From positions 12,203-76,202 of the forward strand of contig JAZSBE010000011.1 in the NCBI GenBank assembly GCA_045602215.1: 64,000 nucleotides of DNA. The letters run 5' to 3'. This DNA comes from Eubacteriales bacterium. GTDB lineage: Bacteria > Bacillota > Clostridia > Oscillospirales > CAG-272. Shown piece by piece: positions 61,998 through 64,000 of this stretch. The notes under the pieces were generated by a model. The model did not search any database, was not told where the DNA came from, and worked only from the letters and a program-made list of their open reading frames with translations. Position 1 is the first letter of the stretch. Every line of letters starts with the position of its first letter. Position numbers and translations under genes: made by a program.

Positions 61998-63158
61998 TTA
62001 GTCGTTCTGAATGCCGTTCATGTTGTCGAGAACGAACTGCACGAAGGTCTCAGCGCCCAGGTGAAGCACGTCGTCGTCCACGATGAAATCGCTGTTGTGA
62101 GCCCGAGCCGTGCATCCCTTCTCCTCGTTATAGATACCGAGGCGGAAGAAGGTTGCAGGGGCTTTTTCTCCGTAGAAAGCAAAGTCCTCGGCCCCCAGAC
62201 GCATTCCGGCGGTGATGGCATTTTCTTTTCCAACCACCTTCTCTGCAGAGGCTCTTACAAGTCCCGCGATCTTGGGATCGTTATAAACGACGCCCGATTT
62301 CAGATGTGTGGTGAGCTTATATTTGACTCCCGTCTCTGCCTCGATGCTCTTGGCAATGCTCTCGATGCGACCGATGATATAGGCGTCGAGCTCGGGGGTA
62401 AAGGTGCGGATGGTTCCGACCATTTCAGCATAGTCGGTAATGATGTTCTGCGCCGTACCTGCAATCAATTTGCAGATCGAGCAGACGAATTTCTCCATCG
62501 GAGAGATTTCGATCGAGTTCATCAGCTTGATCGCGGTGTAGGCTCTCACAGCCGCAGCCAGAGCATCCTTTCCGTTCTGCGGTGTTGCCGCGTGGGTGGA
62601 TTCTCCGAAGAACTCCAGCTTGAAGGGTCTGCTTGCCGCCTGATGCGCGCCGACGCAGACGCCGATCTTGCCCGAAGGACACTCGTCCACGTGCAGACCG
62701 ACGGTCACGTTTACTCCGTCCATCACGCCGTTATCGATCATCATTTTCGCGCCGCTGACGGGACACTCCTCGCTGGGCTGGAAGATAAAGCGGACGTGGC
62801 AAGCGATCTTGTCCTTCATCTCGTAAAGAGCCTTGACGGTTCCGACGAGGATCGCGGTATGGGCGTCATGACCGCAGGCGTGCATTCTGCCCTCGATCTC
62901 GGAGGCATATTCAACGCCCGATTGCTCGGTGACCGCCAGCGCATCCATGTCGGCGCGAATGGCGATGGTGAAATGGTCCTTTTCAGGATTCAGATCCGCA
63001 ACGATCGAGCTCTTTCCGTATTTCTCTGTGTATTCAATTCCGATCTTATCCAGCTCGCGCTTGACCACGGCAACGGTGCGAGGAAGATCAAACCCAAGCT
63101 CGGGAATACGATGCAATTCGTGCTGCAATTGTTTGATGTATTCGTTATCTATCGTCAT
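61998..63158 (-). CDS. M20D-family amidohydrolase (N-acyl-L-amino acid amidohydrolase / hippurate hydrolase type)
   Basis: 386 aa with MHACGHDAHTAILVG and FIFQPSEE. Confidence 0.88.
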   Translation of the reverse strand: MTIDNEYIKQLQHELHRIPELGFDLPRTVAVVKRELDKIGIEYTEKYGKSSIVADLNPEKDHFTIAIRADMDALAVTEQSGVEYASEIEGRMHACGHDAHTAILVGTVKALYEMKDKIACHVRFIFQPSEECPVSGAKMMIDNGVMDGVNVTVGLHVDECPSGKIGVCVGAHQAASRPFKLEFFGESTHAATPQNGKDALAAAVRAYTAIKLMNSIEISPMEKFVCSICKLIAGTAQNIITDYAEMVGTIRTFTPELDAYIIGRIESIAKSIEAETGVKYKLTTHLKSGVVYNDPKIAGLVRASAEKVVGKENAITAGMRLGAEDFAFYGEKAPATFFRLGIYNEEKGCTARAHNSDFIVDDDVLHLGAETFVQFVLDNMNGIQND

Positions 63159-63369
63159 TTGATTGTCCTTTCTTGGGATTTTATTTTTTCAAATTTTACC
63201 TATCGGTAGGGTGCAAAGCACCGGCTGACCGAAGGCTCGCGTCCTTCGCGCTCGCTTTGCAAAACATCAAATTTTCCTTGTACCTTCTCGCTCGCCCAAA
63301 TGCCCTTGGGCATTTGAGCGAAAAAGAATTTACAAAATTCCGATTGCGGCAGATCACCGCAAGGGAGCA

Positions 63370-64000
63370 TCAGAAATCCGTAATGGTCTTGTCGCCGTAA
63401 ACGCTCTTCCAATCCTTGTCAAAGCCTGCGACAGCGGCGTCGGTCATCGGATGGCTGATGAGCATTTTCAGAATATCAGCGGTAACGGTCACGCTGTGAC
63501 AAGCGACGCTTGCACACTTGTGAACCTGCTCTGCGTTCTTGAAGCTTGCGGCAAGAACCTTGCAATCCGAGCCGTAGTTTTCAAGCTGGCTTACGATCTC
63601 TGCAACCACCTCACAGCCGTCGCCGAGAATGTTATCCAGACGGTTTACGTAGGGAGCTACGAAATCCGCGCCTGCCATCGCCGCCATAAGAGCCTGCGTG
63701 GGGGTGAAGATCGCGGTCATGGTGACGCCGATGCCGATCTTCTTGAGCATCATGGTAGCCTTCAGCCCTTCCTCGCCGATCGGGATCTTAACAAAGAAGC
63801 AACCGCCAAGTCTCTCCTTGAGAAGCTTTGCTTCCGCAACGATCTCCTCTGCCTTTTCCTTGGTAGTCTGGACGTGGAGCATCTTGTCGGGACCGATGAT
63901 GCTTCTGATCTCCTCAACGAGAGGCCAGAAATCGGTATTTGCCTTGGCAATGATGGAGGGGTTGGTGGTAACGCCCGCCAAGGGATAAAATTCGTTACAA
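63370..64000 (-). CDS. transaldolase / fructose-6-phosphate aldolase (class 3B), N-terminus outside the window
   Basis: The ORF track gives 63370..63981 from an internal TTG, but the frame stays open to the window edge (..NEFYPLAGVTTNPSIIAK). The Schiff-base lysine context FFVKIPIGEEGL is present. Confidence 0.88.
   Translation of the reverse strand, partial: CNEFYPLAGVTTNPSIIAKANTDFWPLVEEIRSIIGPDKMLHVQTTKEKAEEIVAEAKLLKERLGGCFFVKIPIGEEGLKATMMLKKIGIGVTMTAIFTPTQALMAAMAGADFVAPYVNRLDNILGDGCEVVAEIVSQLENYGSDCKVLAASFKNAEQVHKCASVACHSVTVTADILKMLISHPMTDAAVAGFDKDWKSVYGDKTITDF

Noticed and set aside
60081-63209. An uninterrupted 1042-codon ORF on the plus strand. It spans three minus-strand genes and their spacers.
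   Set aside because: Its translation is low-information antisense-type sequence, rich in D/V/G/L/H/R, with no motifs, RBS or promoter. The three minus-strand genes each carry clear family motifs (M20, M20D). Long antisense ORFs are expected in high-GC DNA with strong codon bias.
1-64000. A scan for CRISPR arrays, IS elements/transposases, integrases, prophage genes, rRNA, reverse transcriptases, and restriction or nuclease/helicase defence genes.
   Set aside because: I found no regularly spaced direct repeats and no ORF with the corresponding motifs. The three AT-rich islets contain no recombinase.

Overview
This is a 64-kb chromosomal window from a Gram-positive, spore-forming anaerobe. The gene content is Clostridia-type: spoIVB, a spoVB-like flippase, rnfCDGEAB, pyruvate formate-lyase, Rex, class-I LysRS, iorAB-paaK and a bile-salt-hydrolase-type Ntn hydrolase. 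The background G+C is visibly high, roughly 55-60% by eye (not computed).

I can support about 58 protein genes (two cut by the window edges), one tRNA-Gln(CUG), one glycine riboswitch, about 15 near-consensus sigma-A promoters and many hairpin terminators. I saw no CRISPR array, transposase, integrase, rRNA, restriction, helicase or nuclease-type defence genes.

Most of the window is ordinary housekeeping or metabolism. Three short, visibly AT-rich islets interrupt it:
- 15.1-17.5 kb, next to the tRNA.
- 19.2-23.1 kb.
- 53.1-55.2 kb, flanked by a 13-bp direct repeat.

The observations I rank highest are:
1. The 19.2-23.1 kb islet. It carries an XRE regulator plus an operon for an SPFH/double-zinc-ribbon protein, a 4-TM protein and a zinc-ribbon/ankyrin/Cys-box protein. 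This looks like a YdjGHI-type membrane module without PspA, and its role is unknown.
2. A pyruvate formate-lyase gene naturally split just before the glycyl-radical domain by about 149 nt that bring a stop codon, an RBS and a new ATG.
3. A DnaA-box cluster upstream of a translationally coupled rex / dnaD-like / dnaC-like operon.
4. A 173-nt array of ATGATG-type degenerate repeats arranged as a long imperfect palindrome.

All functional calls come from reading the translations and recalling motifs; no database search was possible. Coordinates of non-coding features were counted by hand and may be off by 1-2 nt.
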